A stretch of 64,000 bases of DNA from Myxococcaceae bacterium JPH2. GTDB lineage: Bacteria > Myxococcota > Myxococcia > Myxococcales > Myxococcaceae. The stretch covers positions 59,969 through 123,968 of the forward strand of contig JAEMGR010000010.1 in assembly GCA_016458225.1 (NCBI GenBank), read 5' to 3'. A program made the translations under genes and the position numbers. Each line of letters begins with the position of its first letter. Within the stretch, counting starts at the first letter, position 1. Positions 49,976-59,889 of the stretch are shown here, piece after piece. The notes beneath the pieces are model-generated. The model did no database searches and was not told where the DNA came from. It saw only the letters and a program-made list of their open reading frames with translations.

Positions 49976-50434
49976 ATGGCCGGAAACTCCGACACCGAGC
50001 GGTCTGACGTGGCGCGCATCCGCGCCGTGCTGGCGCGCGAGCTGGAGACCATCAACGAGTACGAGGCGTTCGCGGAGGCCTCGACCAATCCGGAAGTCCG
50101 CGCCTTCTTCCTGCACCTGGCGGCCGAGGAGAAGGAGCACGTCTTCGAGGCCACCCACATGCTGCGCATGCTGGATGCCGGACAGGACGCGCACTTCACG
50201 CACCCCATCGCGCCCGGGCACTTCCAGCAGGCCATCGCGGGAGGAAAGGCCGCGGCGTCCGCGCCGCCTCCCTCGCCCTCCACGGCCGCGCCCCATGGCC
50301 GCACGCCTCCCGAGCCGCTGACTCCCCTGCCCCCCCACCGCCTCATCTACGGCATGCCGGCCCCGCCCCCTTCCGAGGGCAGCCATCCGCTGACCGTGGG
50401 TCCCCTGCGCCGAGGCGGCGGCGGTGGACGCTGA
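49976..50434 (+). CDS. encB: Ferritin-like/rubrerythrin-like encapsulin cargo protein (EncB-like) with C-terminal targeting peptide
   Basis: This is a sub-ORF of an artefactual 789-aa track ORF. MAGNSDTERSDVARIRAVLARELETINEYEAFAEASTNPEVRAFFLHLAAEEKEHVFEATHMLRMLD is a four-helix-bundle di-iron ExxH pattern. A Pro/Ala-rich linker follows. The C-terminus …HPLTVGPLRRGGGGGR resembles family-1 encapsulin cargo-loading peptides. It lies 50 nt upstream of encA. Confidence 0.75.
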   Translation: MAGNSDTERSDVARIRAVLARELETINEYEAFAEASTNPEVRAFFLHLAAEEKEHVFEATHMLRMLDAGQDAHFTHPIAPGHFQQAIAGGKAAASAPPPSPSTAAPHGRTPPEPLTPLPPHRLIYGMPAPPPSEGSHPLTVGPLRRGGGGGR

Positions 50435-50484
50435 GCCTCTTTCGATTCTCCTCCCGTTTGTTGCCGTCGTGACGGAGCCTTCCG

Positions 50485-51351
50485 ATGCCTGACTTTCTTG
50501 GACATGCCGAGAACCCGCTGCGCGAAGAGGAGTGGGCGCGCCTGAACGAGACGGTGATCCAGGTCGCCCGCCGCTCGCTCGTCGGCCGCCGCATCCTGGA
50601 CATCTACGGTCCGCTCGGCGCGGGCGTGCAGACGGTGCCCTACGATGAGTACCAGGGCGTGTCCCCCGGCGCCGTGGACATCGTCGGGGAGCAGGAGACC
50701 GCGATGGTCTTCACCGACGCGCGCAAGTTCAAGACCATCCCCATCATCTACAAGGATTTCCTGCTGCACTGGCGGGACATCGAGGCGGCGCGCTCGCACA
50801 ACATGCCGCTGGACGTGTCCGCCGCCGCGGGTGCCGCCGCGCTGTGCGCTCAGCAGGAGGACGAGCTCATCTTCTACGGCGACACCAAGCTCGGCTACGA
50901 GGGCTTGATGACGGCCGTGGGCCGACTCTCGGTCTCGCTCGGAGATTGGACCGCCGCGGGTGGCGGCTTCCAGGCCATCGTCGAGGCCACGCGCAAGCTC
51001 AACGAGCACGGCCACTACGGCCCCTACGCCGTGGTGCTGTCGCCGCGCCTGTACTCGCAGCTGCACCGCATCTACGAGAAGTCGGGCGTGCTGGAGATCG
51101 AGACCATCCGGCAGCTCGCCTCGGATGGCATCTTCCAGTCCAACCGCCTGCGCGGTGACTCGGGCGTGGTGGTGTCCACCGGCCGCGAGAACATGGACCT
51201 CGCGGTGGCCATGGACATGGTCACCGCCTACCTGGGCGCCAGCAAGATGAACCACCCGTTCCGGGTCCTGGAGTCGCTGCTGTTGCGCATCAAACACCCG
51301 GACGCCATCTGCACCATCGAGGGCACTCCCTCGGCCCCGCGCCAGTCGTAG
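50485..51351 (+). CDS. encA: Family-1 encapsulin shell protein (HK97-fold; EncA-like)
   Basis: 288 aa. [56 protein letters not shown]… matches my recollection of M. xanthus EncA almost residue for residue. GGAG lies 7 nt before the ATG. Confidence 0.88.
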   Translation: MPDFLGHAENPLREEEWARLNETVIQVARRSLVGRRILDIYGPLGAGVQTVPYDEYQGVSPGAVDIVGEQETAMVFTDARKFKTIPIIYKDFLLHWRDIEAARSHNMPLDVSAAAGAAALCAQQEDELIFYGDTKLGYEGLMTAVGRLSVSLGDWTAAGGGFQAIVEATRKLNEHGHYGPYAVVLSPRLYSQLHRIYEKSGVLEIETIRQLASDGIFQSNRLRGDSGVVVSTGRENMDLAVAMDMVTAYLGASKMNHPFRVLESLLLRIKHPDAICTIEGTPSAPRQS

Positions 51352-51362
51352 GCCCCGCGTCC

Positions 51363-52784
51363 ATGGCCAAGGTCCTGGTAATCGACGACGAGGCCAACCT
51401 GCGCAAGGTGCTGGCCGCGCTGCTGCGCCGGGACGGCTTCGACGTCACCGTCGCCGAGAACGGCGAGCAAGGGCTCGCCGAGTTCCACAAGAACGGCGCG
51501 GACATCGTGGTGACGGACCTGGTGATGCCCAAGGTGGGCGGCATGGAGGTCCTCGCCTCCGTGCGCGCGGCCAACTCGGACGTGCCCGTCATCATCATCA
51601 CCGCGCACGGCACGGTGGACTCCGCGGTGGAGGCCATCAAGGCCGGTGCGTTCGACTACATCACCAAGCCGTTCGATCAGGCCGAGCTGTCCTCCGTCGT
51701 GGCCAAGGCCGCCAAGACGAACGAGAGCGCCAAGCGCTCGGTGCGCCCGGACCACAAGGCGCGCGCGGCCATCATCGGCGAGTCCCCGACCATCCAGGAC
51801 GTCTACAAGATCATCGACAAGGTCGCGGACACGCCCTCGACGGTGCTGATCACCGGAGAGAGCGGCACGGGCAAGGAGCTCATCGCCACCGCGCTGCACG
51901 GCGCCTCCAGCCGGCGCGACAAGCCCTTCATCAAGATCAACTGCGCGGCCATCCCCGCCACGCTGCTGGAGAGCGAGCTGTTCGGCTACGAGAAGGGCGC
52001 CTTCACCGGGGCGGTCACCTCCAAGCCGGGCCGCTTCGAGCTGGCCGACGAAGGCACCCTCTTCCTGGACGAGATCGGCGAGATCCCCGTCGAGATGCAG
52101 GTGAAGCTCCTGCGCGCGCTCCAGGAGGGCGAGTTCGAGCGCGTGGGCGGTATCAAGACGACGCGCGTGGATGTGCGCCTGGTCGCGGCCACCAACCGGG
52201 ACCTGCAGGCGGAGATTGAAGCGGGACGCTTCCGCAAGGACCTGTACTACCGCCTGGCGGTGGTCCCCATCGTGTTGCCCGCGCTGCGTGAGCGCCGGAG
52301 CGACATCCCCATGCTCGCCCAGCATTTCGTCGACAAGTACAACCGGCGCCTCAACAAGAAGATCGAGGGCATCGCGGACGACGCGCTGGCCCTGCTGCAG
52401 ACCTACGCGTGGCCCGGCAACATCCGCGAGTTGGAGAACCTCATCGAGCGCGTGCTGCTCTTCGCGGATGGTCCCCTCATCACCGCGAAGGACCTGCCCG
52501 AGCCCGTGCGACAGGGCACGAGCATGACCGCGGGCGCGGGCACGTCCTCCTCGGCCACGCTCGAGGTCCCCACGGGCGAAGTGGGCCTCAAGGACATCGT
52601 CCGGATGAAGGCGGCCGAGTTGGAGCGCGACCTCATCGTGAAGAAGCTCGATGAGACGGGCGGCAACGTGACGCGGGCCGCGCGCCTGCTGCAGATCAGC
52701 CGCAAGTCGCTCCAGACGAAGATGAAGGAGTTTGGCCTCCGCGACCCGTCGCCGGAAGGCCAGGACGAGGGGCCGGACGAGTAA
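51363..52784 (+). CDS. Sigma-54-dependent response regulator (NtrC family: REC-AAA+-HTH)
   Basis: REC domain (VLVIDDE…DLVMPKVGG…). Sigma54 AAA+ core with GESGTGKE Walker A, GAFTGA, and the [12 protein letters not shown] motif. C-terminal Fis-type HTH. It starts 11 nt after the encA stop. Confidence 0.9.
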   Translation: MAKVLVIDDEANLRKVLAALLRRDGFDVTVAENGEQGLAEFHKNGADIVVTDLVMPKVGGMEVLASVRAANSDVPVIIITAHGTVDSAVEAIKAGAFDYITKPFDQAELSSVVAKAAKTNESAKRSVRPDHKARAAIIGESPTIQDVYKIIDKVADTPSTVLITGESGTGKELIATALHGASSRRDKPFIKINCAAIPATLLESELFGYEKGAFTGAVTSKPGRFELADEGTLFLDEIGEIPVEMQVKLLRALQEGEFERVGGIKTTRVDVRLVAATNRDLQAEIEAGRFRKDLYYRLAVVPIVLPALRERRSDIPMLAQHFVDKYNRRLNKKIEGIADDALALLQTYAWPGNIRELENLIERVLLFADGPLITAKDLPEPVRQGTSMTAGAGTSSSATLEVPTGEVGLKDIVRMKAAELERDLIVKKLDETGGNVTRAARLLQISRKSLQTKMKEFGLRDPSPEGQDEGPDE

Positions 52785-52882
52785 CCCCTCGCTGTTCCCC
52801 ACCCACGACCGCGGGCCGAAATATCGCCGGAATGCCGGCGGTTTCGGGCCCGCGTACCCATTGCCACCCTCCGGGAGCCTGC

Positions 52883-53947
52883 ATGCGGCCGAACCTTCCC
52901 ACCCTCGGTGCCCCACCGAAGCGCAACCCCTTCGGACCGGTGGTCGCCGTCTCCGTCATCCTCGGCGCGGCCGCGGGAGGCGTGTGGTGGTGGAAGCAGC
53001 GCATGGCGCAGGCCACGCAGGAGGTCAGCGCGGAGGCGCAGGCCGCTCCGCCCGATGCCGGCACCCCGGCGCCCCAGCAAGCGACCGCCGCCGCGGCCCC
53101 CACCGGCGCGACGCCCACCGCGACGCCGGAGACCCCGGCGAAGGCCGCGGGCCTGGAGCACGCCTCCATGCGCATCAACGGTCCGCTGGAGACCGCGTTC
53201 GTCCAGGCCGCCGGCTCGGACGTGGGCCCCGCGCTGTCCCAGGTCGTCACCCGCACGCTGGTGTGGTGGGTGCGCGTCCCGGGCGAGGTGCTCCGGGGTG
53301 ACACGCTCGACGTCATCTACCAGCGCCGCGACGGCGAGGAGCCGCTCGTGTACGCGGTCCGGTTCGTCAGCGCGAAGACGGGCCAGACGCACCGGGCCTA
53401 TCGCTTCCAGCCCGAGGGCGAGGCCAACGCCCGCTACTACCTGCCCACGGGCGAGGAGCTGGAGCTGCGGCTCGAGCACTCCCCCATCGACACGTATGAG
53501 CAGGTGACGTCGCTGCTGCGCGACGGCCGCGGACACAAGGGCGTGGACTTCCGCGCCCCGGTGGGCACGCCCGTCAAGGCGCCGTTCGCCGGCGTCATCA
53601 AGCGCAAGAACTGGAACTGGGGCAGCAACGGCAACTCACTGGAGCTGGTCGAGTCCGGCGGCAAGGCGCGCCGCGCCCTCTTCCTGCACCTGTCCGAGCT
53701 GCCCAAGAGCCTCCAGGCCGGGGCGCGCTTCAACGTGGGCCAGGTGCTGGCCCACAGCGGCAACACGGGCCACTCCTTCGCGCCCCACCTGCACTACCAG
53801 CTCATGACGCAGGATGACCGCGTACTGGACCCCTTCGATCAGCACAAGACCTACCGTGGCGCACTTAAGGCGACGCAGAAGTCCGCCTTTGAACAGGAGG
53901 TCCGCCGGCTCGATGGACTCCTGGGGACCCCGGTCGCGGGCAAGTAA
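52883..53947 (+). CDS. M23-family (LytM-domain) peptidase, membrane-anchored
   Basis: Start at MRPNLPTLGAP (GGGAG upstream). N-terminal TM segment and a Pro/Ala/Thr linker. M23 motifs HKGVDFRAPVGTPV and HLHYQL. Confidence 0.8.
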   Translation: MRPNLPTLGAPPKRNPFGPVVAVSVILGAAAGGVWWWKQRMAQATQEVSAEAQAAPPDAGTPAPQQATAAAAPTGATPTATPETPAKAAGLEHASMRINGPLETAFVQAAGSDVGPALSQVVTRTLVWWVRVPGEVLRGDTLDVIYQRRDGEEPLVYAVRFVSAKTGQTHRAYRFQPEGEANARYYLPTGEELELRLEHSPIDTYEQVTSLLRDGRGHKGVDFRAPVGTPVKAPFAGVIKRKNWNWGSNGNSLELVESGGKARRALFLHLSELPKSLQAGARFNVGQVLAHSGNTGHSFAPHLHYQLMTQDDRVLDPFDQHKTYRGALKATQKSAFEQEVRRLDGLLGTPVAGK

Positions 53948-54022
53948 ACGCCATCTGATTCTTGACACCCCTCCGAGGGCACGGCTAGCTGACAGCCCTG
54001 GCCATTTGTCGTCGGAGGTCGG

Positions 54023-55318
54023 ATGCACAGGCTTCGCGCCGTTCTCGCCGCGCTGACGCTCAGCGCGCCGTTGGCCGCCAGCGCGGCGGATATCACGCGG
54101 ATCGCGTCCTCGTTCGAGGATGACGATCCGTTCGATCTCTTCATCGACGTGGGGTTCGAGCGGACACAAACCCGCGCAAAGCTCGTCCGGGAGCAGGCTC
54201 CGTCGGTCGACGGCGGCCACCTCCAGGAGAGCAACGAGCTCTGGTACAAGGGCGTGGACTCGCGCCTGAACCTGCGGCTGGCCTTCGGCCTCTACCGCGA
54301 CCTTGAGTTCTCCTTCGCGGTCCCCATCGTCTTCCAGCAGAACGAGCGCTGGGACTTCGTCAGCGGCACCACGCTGGCCAACTCCACCATCACCAACAAC
54401 TGCATCAACGCGGACGGCTCGACCATTCCGGGCTGCCTCGCGGACCCGGCCGGGCTGGGGCATCCCCTGTTCGGCGTGCCGCAGGAGAGCTTCCGCGGCG
54501 GCCTGGGCAACATGCACTTCGGCATGGCCTACGCCTTCTTCAACCAGGAGAAGGACGACACCAAGCCCACGTGGATCATCGGCCTGGACTGGGAAGCCCC
54601 CACCGCGAAGCAGCGCGACCCGAGCGTGGACACCACGGATCCGGACAACCGCGGCAACGTGGGCGACCGGGTGCACAAGTACCAGATCTACACGTCGTTC
54701 TCGCGGCGCATGGGCATCGCGGACCCGTACTTCCGCGCCTCGTACACCATCCCGGTGCGCGGCCCGAAGTTCTACTCCAACTGCGATCAGCGCGACGCCT
54801 CGCCCCCCAACCTGGGCGCGCCAGAGAACTGCCTCACGGGCCCATGGGATCGCAGGGAGACGGGCATCAAGTCCCCCACGCAGGCCAGCATGCTCTTCGG
54901 CGTGGAGCTGGTGCCCTTCCAGAACGACAAAAAGTTCCAGAAGTTCGCCTTCGACCTGCGCGCCATCGGCAACTACGTGGGCAAGGGCCGCTACTACAAC
55001 GAGCTGTCTTCGGCGCTGCGCAAGCTGCTGACGTCGGAGGACTACTTCCAGGTCGGTGGGCTCGTGGGTGTCTCGGCGCGCGCCGCCGAGGCCTTCAGCA
55101 TCCGCGCCTCGGGGACGTTCCTCTACAACTCGGACCACCTGCTGACGTCCGAGACCATTGGCAAGGACGAGGACAGCAGCGGCAACGTCAACGTGGCGGC
55201 GAACCCCTCCGAGGTGAATCCGAACTTCGACTGGCGCTACGACGTGGCCGGCCGTCGCTTCCGCGCCACGGAGAGCACCACGTTCCGCTTCGACCTCTCG
55301 GCCAGCTTCAGCTTCTGA
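54023..55318 (+). CDS. Outer-membrane beta-barrel protein, unknown function
   Basis: Signal peptide MHRLRAVLAALTLSAPLAASAAD. Alternating amphipathic beta strands, rich in aromatic and Gly residues. C-terminal …DLSASFSF, an OMP beta-signal ending in Phe. Confidence 0.6.
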   Translation: MHRLRAVLAALTLSAPLAASAADITRIASSFEDDDPFDLFIDVGFERTQTRAKLVREQAPSVDGGHLQESNELWYKGVDSRLNLRLAFGLYRDLEFSFAVPIVFQQNERWDFVSGTTLANSTITNNCINADGSTIPGCLADPAGLGHPLFGVPQESFRGGLGNMHFGMAYAFFNQEKDDTKPTWIIGLDWEAPTAKQRDPSVDTTDPDNRGNVGDRVHKYQIYTSFSRRMGIADPYFRASYTIPVRGPKFYSNCDQRDASPPNLGAPENCLTGPWDRRETGIKSPTQASMLFGVELVPFQNDKKFQKFAFDLRAIGNYVGKGRYYNELSSALRKLLTSEDYFQVGGLVGVSARAAEAFSIRASGTFLYNSDHLLTSETIGKDEDSSGNVNVAANPSEVNPNFDWRYDVAGRRFRATESTTFRFDLSASFSF

Positions 55319-55361
55319 CCGAGGGCCTCGGCCCTGGGGCACGCGTGCCCTGGGGCTTGTC

Positions 55362-56195
55362 TTAACGCTGCTTCAGTCCCAGGCCGAGCCGGTACACTTC
55401 CTGACCGGCCCAGCCCGCGCGGCGAGCCAGCTCGGTGCTCAGCGCCTTGAGCTTCTCGCCCCGGCTCAGCCCCTCTTGGAGGGCACGCTGAATCTCCTCC
55501 TCGGACCAGCGCCGCTCACCAGTGCGTCCTTCCACCAGGACCACGACTTCGCCCCGAGCCTCTTCGGCGGCATAGCGCGCGGCCAGCTCCGACAGCGGCG
55601 CTCGAACGAACTCCTCATGGAGCTTGGTCAGCTCGCGGGCCACGCAGGCCCGCCGCTCGCCCCAGGCCGCGTGGAGATCCACGAGCGTCTCGCCCAATCG
55701 ACGGGGTGACTCATAGAGAACCAGCGTGGCGGACAGCGGAGCGACTTCCTCCAGCATCGCGTGGCGCTCAGGTCCCTTCCGAGGCAGGAAGCCCAGGAAG
55801 TGGAACCGCCCCGTGGGCAGGCCAGACGCACTCAGCGCGGCCACCAGCGCCGTGGCACCAGGAACCGGCACCACCGTCACCCCGCGCTCCAGGGCCTCGG
55901 CGACCAGCTTCTCCCCGGGGTCGCTGATGCCAGGGCTCCCGGCGTCGGTGATGAGGGCGCAGTCCTCGCCCTCCACGATGCGCTCCAGGATGCGCCCGGC
56001 CCGCTGGCCCTCGGCGAAGGCAGGCAGGCTCACCAGGTCCTTGCCCCCAATCCCAAAGTGGTCGAGCAACACCCGCGAGTGCCGCGTGTCCTCGCAAGCG
56101 AGGAAGCGCGCCGAGCGCAGCGTCTCCAGCGCCCGCGAGGTGATGTCCCCCAGGTTTCCGATGGGAGTGGCGACGAGATAGAGCGTTCCAGCCAT
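55362..56195 (-). CDS. rsmI: 16S rRNA (cytidine1402-2'-O)-methyltransferase
   Basis: Start at MAGTLYLVATPIGNLGDIT (conserved RsmI N-terminus), verified ATG at 56193-56195. Tetrapyrrole-methylase fold (…FLACEDTRHSRVLL…). Confidence 0.88.
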   Translation of the reverse strand: MAGTLYLVATPIGNLGDITSRALETLRSARFLACEDTRHSRVLLDHFGIGGKDLVSLPAFAEGQRAGRILERIVEGEDCALITDAGSPGISDPGEKLVAEALERGVTVVPVPGATALVAALSASGLPTGRFHFLGFLPRKGPERHAMLEEVAPLSATLVLYESPRRLGETLVDLHAAWGERRACVARELTKLHEEFVRAPLSELAARYAAEEARGEVVVLVEGRTGERRWSEEEIQRALQEGLSRGEKLKALSTELARRAGWAGQEVYRLGLGLKQR

Positions 56196-56205
56196 GGGGC
56201 GTTCC

Positions 56206-56598
56206 TCACATACCGGCGTCGAAGGCGCCAGGAATGTGTTCCACCGTGGCGTGCGCGCCGCGCCCCACCACGGAGATGACGTCGAAGCGCACCATGCGCT
56301 CGCGCACGTCATACTTGAAGAGGTAGTGCATCGCCGCCTTCACCACGCGGCGCTGCTTGGCGAACGACACCGTGTCCACGGGCTCGCCGCACGCGGTGGA
56401 GGAGCGCATGCGCACCTCGACGAAGCACACGAACTCGTCGCGCTCGGCCACCACATCCAGCTCACCGTAGCGACATGTCCAGTTGCGGGCCCGCACGCGC
56501 CACCCCTGTGCCTCCAGGAAGCGCACCGCGCTGTCTTCCGCCGTACTCCCCCACCCGCGCCGCTCTCCCGGCGCCGCCGCCCGTCCCATCCCACACAC
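56206..56598 (-). CDS. yraN: YraN-family (UPF0102) endonuclease-like protein
   Basis: …AEDSAVRFLEAQGWRVRARNWTCRYGELDVVAERDEFVCFVEVRMRSS… matches the YraN/UPF0102 core. Start likely a few codons into the track ORF. Confidence 0.75.
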   Translation of the reverse strand: MCGMGRAAAPGERRGWGSTAEDSAVRFLEAQGWRVRARNWTCRYGELDVVAERDEFVCFVEVRMRSSTACGEPVDTVSFAKQRRVVKAAMHYLFKYDVRERMVRFDVISVVGRGAHATVEHIPGAFDAGM

Positions 56599-56635
56599 TC
56601 CCCGAAGGCGTCTCGCGCGGACCGCCTCGCACCGC

Positions 56636-58534
56636 CTAGACGTTAACGGTGCCGTCCGACATCTGCGCGAAGCCGGGGTGCGCGGTGACGTGAAGCACCT
56701 GGGTCAGCGTGCCGAGGTGCTTGAGCATGCGCGCCACCAGCGGCAGCTTCGCCTCCTCCACGCCCGTCAGTACATCCTCGAGCAGGAACGGCTGCTTCAC
56801 GCGGGCGCTCGCCTTCTCGACGACGGTCATGCGCAGAGCCAGGTAGTAGAGGTCCAGGTCGCGCGGCGGCAACTCGCCCACGGGGGTGCGCTTGCCAGGG
56901 GCCAGCGCGAAGGCGCGGCCCTCTTTGTCCCACTCGACGCCCTGGTAGCGGCGATCCGTCAGCGCCGTGAGGTACTGAACGCAGCGGTCGCGCAGCAGCG
57001 CCTGCGTGGCCAGGATGTCCAGCGTCAGCAGGTCCGCAGCCTGCGCGAGCACCGCGGGGGATGGATCTTCCAGCGGCTCGGCGGGAGTGCCCCCGGACTG
57101 GGAACCGGGCGCGGCCGCGGCGGGAGGTGCCTTGGCCAGCAAGATCGACTCCTTGATGCGCGCGATCTCCCGCTCCACTTCACGCAGCTCGCGGACGTAG
57201 GCGCCCTTCTGGGAGAGCTGACCGTTGAGGCCCTCGAGTTCATCCTTCAGCCCCTGGCGCCGGGCAGATGCGGCGACGAACTCGGGATCCGCCTCCATCT
57301 GCTCGAGCTGGACCTGGAGCTCCCCCACGCGAACGCCGAGCAGATCCTTGCGCTCCAGTGCGCCGGGGATGTCGTCGATGTTCTCCAGCCCGAGCGCCTT
57401 GAGGGCCATGCGCACCGGCGCGGCCTCGGCCTCGAACTCGTCGTAGATCTTCTTCTCGCGCGAGTCGAAGCGGCCTTCCTTGCTGCCTCGCCGCGTGGAC
57501 TTCTGGAGGTCGTCCACGTAGCGCAGCGCCATGAGCGCCGCCGTGCCGAAGGCAGGAATGTTGAACAGGGCGAGGTAGCGCCACAGCGGCCCCACCGACA
57601 GCCCCAGGCCCACGCTCAACGCGAGGAAGAACACCCCCGCCCCCAACCCCGCCCAGAAGATCCGATTCTGCGTCAGGGGCTCGACGGACGAGGGCACGTC
57701 CTGCGCCTCGACCTCGCGATCCGCGTTGAGCTTCATCAACGCGTCGTCGCGCTTCGCCACCGCCTTCGGGTAGCGCTGCACACGCGAGATGATGTCCTGA
57801 GGCAGCCCGAGCGTCTCGGGCGCGGGTGCCGCGCGCCACGCCGCCTCCGCGTCCGCGACAGCGACCTTCAGCCCCTCCGTGCTCTTGAGCTTCGAGTCCG
57901 CCTCGAAGATGAGCGAGTTCAGCTCGTCGACGCGGAACTGGATCTGATCCACCTCACGCGCACTGACCGCTTCGGTCTCCAGCGCGCGAAGCTTCGCCTC
58001 GGCCGCGGGGATGTCCTCGGCGGCCTGCACCGAGGCGGCCTGGGCCAGTGAGGGGAACTTGCCCGTCGTCTTCGGATCCACCTTCGCGGCGGCAGCCGAC
58101 TTTCGCGGGCGTCGCGAGGGCAACATCGCCAGTTGGAGGCAGTACACCTGCTCGAACGTGCCACGCGGCGGGAGGCCCGCCTGCCCGCGCAGATACTGGC
58201 TAATCTCCGCGGCATCCGAAGAGATCAGCTCGGGCTGACCCGCGCCTGCGCCCATGCGATGCAACGTCCCCGAGCCACCCAGCTCGCGAAGCACGCGGTA
58301 CGTGGCGCCGTCCTGCCCCACGAACGTGAGCGCGGCCTTGCCCGACTTCCCGCCCGGCCCGACGTAGGCCACGTCACCGCCGCGTCCATCGGCGAACAGG
58401 AGCGAGATCGTCAGCCCCGCGAATGGCGCCGCCTCCGCGGGTGGCTTGAGGACGAGGTACCCGGTCTTGAGCGGAAAACGCCCCGCTGGAGAGAAGCCCC
58501 GGACGTTCTGAACGGCAACCTCGACGAAGTGCAT
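56636..58534 (-). CDS. Hypothetical 632-aa protein: N-terminal P-loop-like motif, long coiled coil, two central TM helices
   Basis: MHFVEVAVQNVRGFS…YVGPGGKSGKAAL resembles an SMC/RecF-type N-terminus with a degenerate Walker A. A heptad-rich helical region follows. Then hydrophobic segments IFWAGLGAGVFFLALSVGLGLSV and ALFNIPAFGTAALMAL. No confident family. Confidence 0.5.
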   Translation of the reverse strand: MHFVEVAVQNVRGFSPAGRFPLKTGYLVLKPPAEAAPFAGLTISLLFADGRGGDVAYVGPGGKSGKAALTFVGQDGATYRVLRELGGSGTLHRMGAGAGQPELISSDAAEISQYLRGQAGLPPRGTFEQVYCLQLAMLPSRRPRKSAAAAKVDPKTTGKFPSLAQAASVQAAEDIPAAEAKLRALETEAVSAREVDQIQFRVDELNSLIFEADSKLKSTEGLKVAVADAEAAWRAAPAPETLGLPQDIISRVQRYPKAVAKRDDALMKLNADREVEAQDVPSSVEPLTQNRIFWAGLGAGVFFLALSVGLGLSVGPLWRYLALFNIPAFGTAALMALRYVDDLQKSTRRGSKEGRFDSREKKIYDEFEAEAAPVRMALKALGLENIDDIPGALERKDLLGVRVGELQVQLEQMEADPEFVAASARRQGLKDELEGLNGQLSQKGAYVRELREVEREIARIKESILLAKAPPAAAAPGSQSGGTPAEPLEDPSPAVLAQAADLLTLDILATQALLRDRCVQYLTALTDRRYQGVEWDKEGRAFALAPGKRTPVGELPPRDLDLYYLALRMTVVEKASARVKQPFLLEDVLTGVEEAKLPLVARMLKHLGTLTQVLHVTAHPGFAQMSDGTVNV

Positions 58535-58643
58535 GGCACCCTCAGTCTAGCCTGAACGAAAAAAGGAGCGTCCATCGCTGGACGCTCCTTTTCGCTCGCG
58601 GACTCATGCCGCGAAGGGGACGGTCAAGACACCGTCCGGATGC

Positions 58644-59033
58644 CTACGCGCCCTTGGCGGCCTTGGCGGCGGCCTTCGCGTCCGAGTCCTCCTGGACCGC
58701 CACGCGCGACGCCTTGCCCTTCAGGCCGCGGAGGTAGAACAGGCGGTTGCGGTTCACGTCGCCGTGGGTCAGGACCTCGATCTTCTCGTAGCGCGGGCTG
58801 TGCAGCGGGAAGATGCGCTCCACGCCGACGCCGAAGGACATCTTGCGCACGGTGAACGTGGCGCGGTGCTGGCCCTTCTTCTTCCGGATGACGACGCCCT
58901 CGAACGCCTGAACGCGCTCCTTCTCGCCCTCCTTCACCTTCCAGTGAACGCGAACGGAGTCACCGGTACGGAACGAGGTGACGTCCTGGCGCAGGTACTT
59001 GCTTTCAACGTGCTGAATGAGGTCGCGGCGCAT
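58644..59033 (-). CDS. rplS: 50S ribosomal protein L19
   Basis: MRRDLIQHVESKYLRQDVTSFRTGDSVRVHWKVKEGEKERVQAFEGVVIRKKKGQHRATFTVRKMSFGVGVERIFPLHSP… is canonical L19. Confidence 0.95.
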   Translation of the reverse strand: MRRDLIQHVESKYLRQDVTSFRTGDSVRVHWKVKEGEKERVQAFEGVVIRKKKGQHRATFTVRKMSFGVGVERIFPLHSPRYEKIEVLTHGDVNRNRLFYLRGLKGKASRVAVQEDSDAKAAAKAAKGA

Positions 59034-59151
59034 AACGGACTCCAGAATACAGAACTTGACGCGTAGGACGCGTGGAAAGAGCGGGCCGTACTAGCAGAGA
59101 CAAGCGTCTCGGACAAGCCCGCTGATCGGCTCCGGACGAGAACAGACAGCG

Positions 59152-59889
59152 TTACAGCTCTTCCTCGCGCTTGGCGAGAAGTTTCTGATCCGCGCGGTCC
59201 AGCGCCACACGCTCGAACAGCTCGGGGCGACGCTCCCGCGTGAGCATGAGCGCCTTCCACCGGCGCCACCGCGCGATGCGCGCATGGTCGCCCGACTGGA
59301 GGGCGGCGGGCACCTCGGCCCCTCGGAACAGCGGCGGGCGCGTGTACTGCGGGTACTCGAGCAGCCCCTCTTCGAAGCTCTCCGACACCGACGAGGCCAC
59401 GTTGCCGAGGACCCCCGGCACCAGGCGCGCCACCGCGTCCACCACGGCCAGCGCCGCCACTTCGCCACCCGTCAGCACGAAGTCGCCCAGGGACACTTCT
59501 CCGTCGAGGAACGGCATCACCCGCTCGTCCACGCCCTCATAGCGGCCACACACGAGGATGAGCCCCTCCGCGTGCGTCGCAAAAGCCTTCGCGGTCGTCT
59601 GGTTGAAAACAGGCCCCCGCGGGCTCATCAACAACACCTTGGCGCCCGGCAGCCGCTGTCGCGCCGCCTCGATGGCCGCCACCAGTGGCTCGGGCTTCAT
59701 CACCATCCCCGCGCCGCCGCCGTAGGGCGCGTCGTCGGTGACGCGGTGCTTGCCCTCCGCGAACTCGCGGATGTCCGTGAGGGTGACGGCGAGCAGACCC
59801 TTCTCCTGGGCCTTCCCCAGGATGCTCGCCCCCAGATAGCCCGACACCATGCCCGGAAAGAGGGTGAGGATCTCCACCGGGTAGCTCAT
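59152..59889 (-). CDS. trmD: tRNA (guanine37-N1)-methyltransferase
   Basis: SPOUT fold (…[21 protein letters not shown]…[17 protein letters not shown]…). 4-nt overlap with rimM. Confidence 0.93.
   Translation of the reverse strand: MSYPVEILTLFPGMVSGYLGASILGKAQEKGLLAVTLTDIREFAEGKHRVTDDAPYGGGAGMVMKPEPLVAAIEAARQRLPGAKVLLMSPRGPVFNQTTAKAFATHAEGLILVCGRYEGVDERVMPFLDGEVSLGDFVLTGGEVAALAVVDAVARLVPGVLGNVASSVSESFEEGLLEYPQYTRPPLFRGAEVPAALQSGDHARIARWRRWKALMLTRERRPELFERVALDRADQKLLAKREEEL

Noticed and set aside
48065-50434. 789-aa plus-strand ORF opposite murJ
   Set aside because: Only its last 152 codons (49976..50434, the EncB-like cargo) are credible. The rest is antisense to a well-supported MurJ and has low complexity.
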